A stretch of 64,000 bases of DNA from Felis catus (lineage: Eukaryota), in contig NC_058372.1 in NCBI RefSeq assembly GCF_018350175.1, forward strand, positions 119,226,001-119,290,000. Reading direction: 5' to 3'. The notes under the pieces were generated by a model. It worked only from the letters and a program-made list of their open reading frames with translations. It had not been told where the DNA came from and ran no database searches. Made by a program: the position numbers and the translations under genes. Positions 62,255-64,000 of this stretch are shown in pieces (the first letter of the stretch is position 1; every line of letters begins with the position of its first letter).

Positions 62255-62828
62255 TGGTGTCTGTGTCAGGAATTTGCTTCAGCAGCTCCTGGACCCTGCC
62301 TCTTGTATACAGTGTATACAGTGGGTGCCTCTGAGGATGGGATGAAGGAATTAGTAAGTGCCGTCTGTTCCATACATGGTTGCCAGCTTGTTATAAATCA
62401 ATTCTGGATAGTGATAGAATTTCTGTTATTTTTCACATTTAGCTTTCTTAATATTACATCTAGTAATGTTTTTCTTGTGGCTAGAAAACATACTAAAGAA
62501 ATTGAAAATATTAGTACAAAACAAAATCATTATCAGGAACTGGCAAGGCTAAGATGGCTAAAAGAGAGAAAAACAGCTGATACCCTGGCACAGTATAGCA
62601 GTTTTGGTCTCATGATTACCACATGCAATTGACTCATTCACTGATTCTTTTTAGGGGTTTATGACACCTTCATGTGTTATGAGATATTTTGTTGGGTTGG
62701 TTATTGTAACTCTGCTCTAAATTCTTTGATATATGCTTTACTTTACCCTTGGTTTGGGAGAGCAGGAAAAACTTATTATAAGTAAAAGAGATTCATCGAC
62801 CACAAATTTAATTTCTAAATTAACCTAA
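62255..62828 (+). pseudogene. 5'-truncated TAAR pseudogene (TM4 to C-terminus), related to the 49726-50763 gene
   Basis: Translates in pieces as VSVSGICFSSSWTLPLVYS, GCQLVINQFWIVIEFLLF, NVFLVARKH..IENI and ERK, with decayed NSA-N-LIYAL-YPWFG sequence. It has multiple frameshifts and no 5' half is visible. Confidence 0.9.
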
Positions 62829-62926
62829 ATTGTTAATTTGAGAAAAAAAGACATCAATCTGGTGACGTGTTACAAATTTCCTAATAATTATAAATGTGAA
62901 TTATAGCACATTAAAATGACATTTTA

Positions 62927-63149
62927 TTTTATTTATTTATTTTTTCAACGTTTTTATTTATTTTTGGGACAGAGAGAGACAGAGCATGAACGGGGGAGGG
63001 GCAGAGAGAGAGGGAGACACAGAATCGGAAACAGGCTCCAGGCTCTGAGCCATCAGCCCAGAGCCTGACGCGGGGCTCGAACTCCCGGACCGCGAGATCG
63101 TGACCTGGCTGAAGTCGGATGCTTAACCGACTGCGCCACCCAGGCGCCC
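62927..63149 (-). mobile_element. Young felid SINE (SINEC_Fc-type)
   Basis: Perfect 16-bp TSD ttaaaatgacatttta (62911-62926 and 63150-63165). Confidence 0.96.
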
Positions 63150-63823
63150 TTAAAATGACATTTTAAATGATGGCTGAGAAATGGTACCTCAATTTTAGTA
63201 GCATACCCTATAGGCTTTTACCTCCTTGGTGAAATGAACATCTTTAAGCATTTGATAGAAATGTATTTACTCAATAATGGTTGGCACAAGGGTCCTTAAA
63301 TCTGTGCACTTCCCTGCTTTGTCAGTTGCCGTTTTTGTCTTTCAGGACTCACGTTCCTTTCTTACCTTTCTTTCACCGTGAAAGATTTCCTGGTCCCATG
63401 TTCCCTGTTAGTGTCTTGTATTTCCTGCCTTTTATTGAACTGGATTAACTTGTTTTCATTTGAACAGCTTGTTTCTTGGAGTGGGGGGTGGGGGGTGGGG
63501 GCCAGTTTTCTGAAGCTTCTAAGATGTCTCTCAACCATATAGGTGAGCTATTTCAAACTCAGGACAAGACTCATATTTTATATGTTGGGGGCATATAATG
63601 TAAATGTGGGAATAATCATGAGCAGATGGCACAATTTCTTCAACAGTGATTATCTATTGATATGATAGTTTTCTTATCACGAGGTTTATTTTTTTATTTT
63701 CAATCACCATGGAGGAAAATTTATGTCATTTTTTTTCTATTAAACAGTATCCAAAGTTTATATGTTTTCCACGATAAAAAAAAAGTAACACTGTGTTTAT
63801 GGGAAAAGGATTCAAGAAATGTT

Positions 63824-64000
63824 GATGTGCCTGGGTGGCTCAGTTGGTTAAGCGACCGACTTCAGCTCCGGTCATAATCTCATGGTTCGTGGGTTCGAGC
63901 CCTGCATTGGGCTCTGTGCTGACAGCTCAGAGCATGGAGCCTGCTTCGGATTCTGTCTCCCTCTCTCTCTGCCCTTCCTCTGCTTGCACTCTGTCTCTCT
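63824..64000 (+). mobile_element. Can-SINE (runs off the window end)
   Basis: Head and (CT)n. Confidence 0.92.

Noticed and set aside
1-64000. CRISPR arrays, rRNA, NUMT or prokaryotic systems
   Set aside because: No repeat-spacer arrays, rRNA or mitochondrial-like sequence were recognised; the window is mammalian nuclear DNA.

Overview
Mammalian genomic DNA. It is carnivore and most likely felid, inferred from about 35 Can-SINEs, including young copies of the cat SINEC_Fc type. The window runs from the CpG-island promoter and first intron of a minus-strand gene (inferred to be STX7 from synteny) into the trace amine-associated receptor (TAAR) cluster. It holds four intact single-exon plus-strand GPCR ORFs: TAAR9 (31065-32111), TAAR8 (39442-40473), a mosaic TAAR6/7/8-like paralog at the syntenic TAAR7 position (49726-50763) and TAAR6 (60694-61731). 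A 5'-truncated TAAR pseudogene follows at about 62255-62828. The rest is mostly transposon-derived (L1, L2, MIR, MER DNA transposons, MaLR and ERV solo LTRs, ERVL internal sequence), with a 7SK retrocopy at 12840-13143. Four observations stand out. (1) A previously unrecognised-looking 24-bp motif (YACACCTTAYRCTRYAGGGATTCC) lies upstream of all four TAAR genes, each time followed by a splice donor 156-175 bp later. (2) Patchwork, GC/CpG-enriched gene-conversion tracts link TAAR8, the third gene and TAAR6, and between the last two they skip the ligand-binding TM3. (3) TAAR8 has lost Asp5.43. (4) The pseudogene is an old duplicate of the third gene and preserves the pre-conversion sequence. No CRISPR, tRNA or rRNA genes were seen. 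Orthology calls rest on recalled human and mouse protein sequences, and repeat family names are by eye; both need database confirmation.
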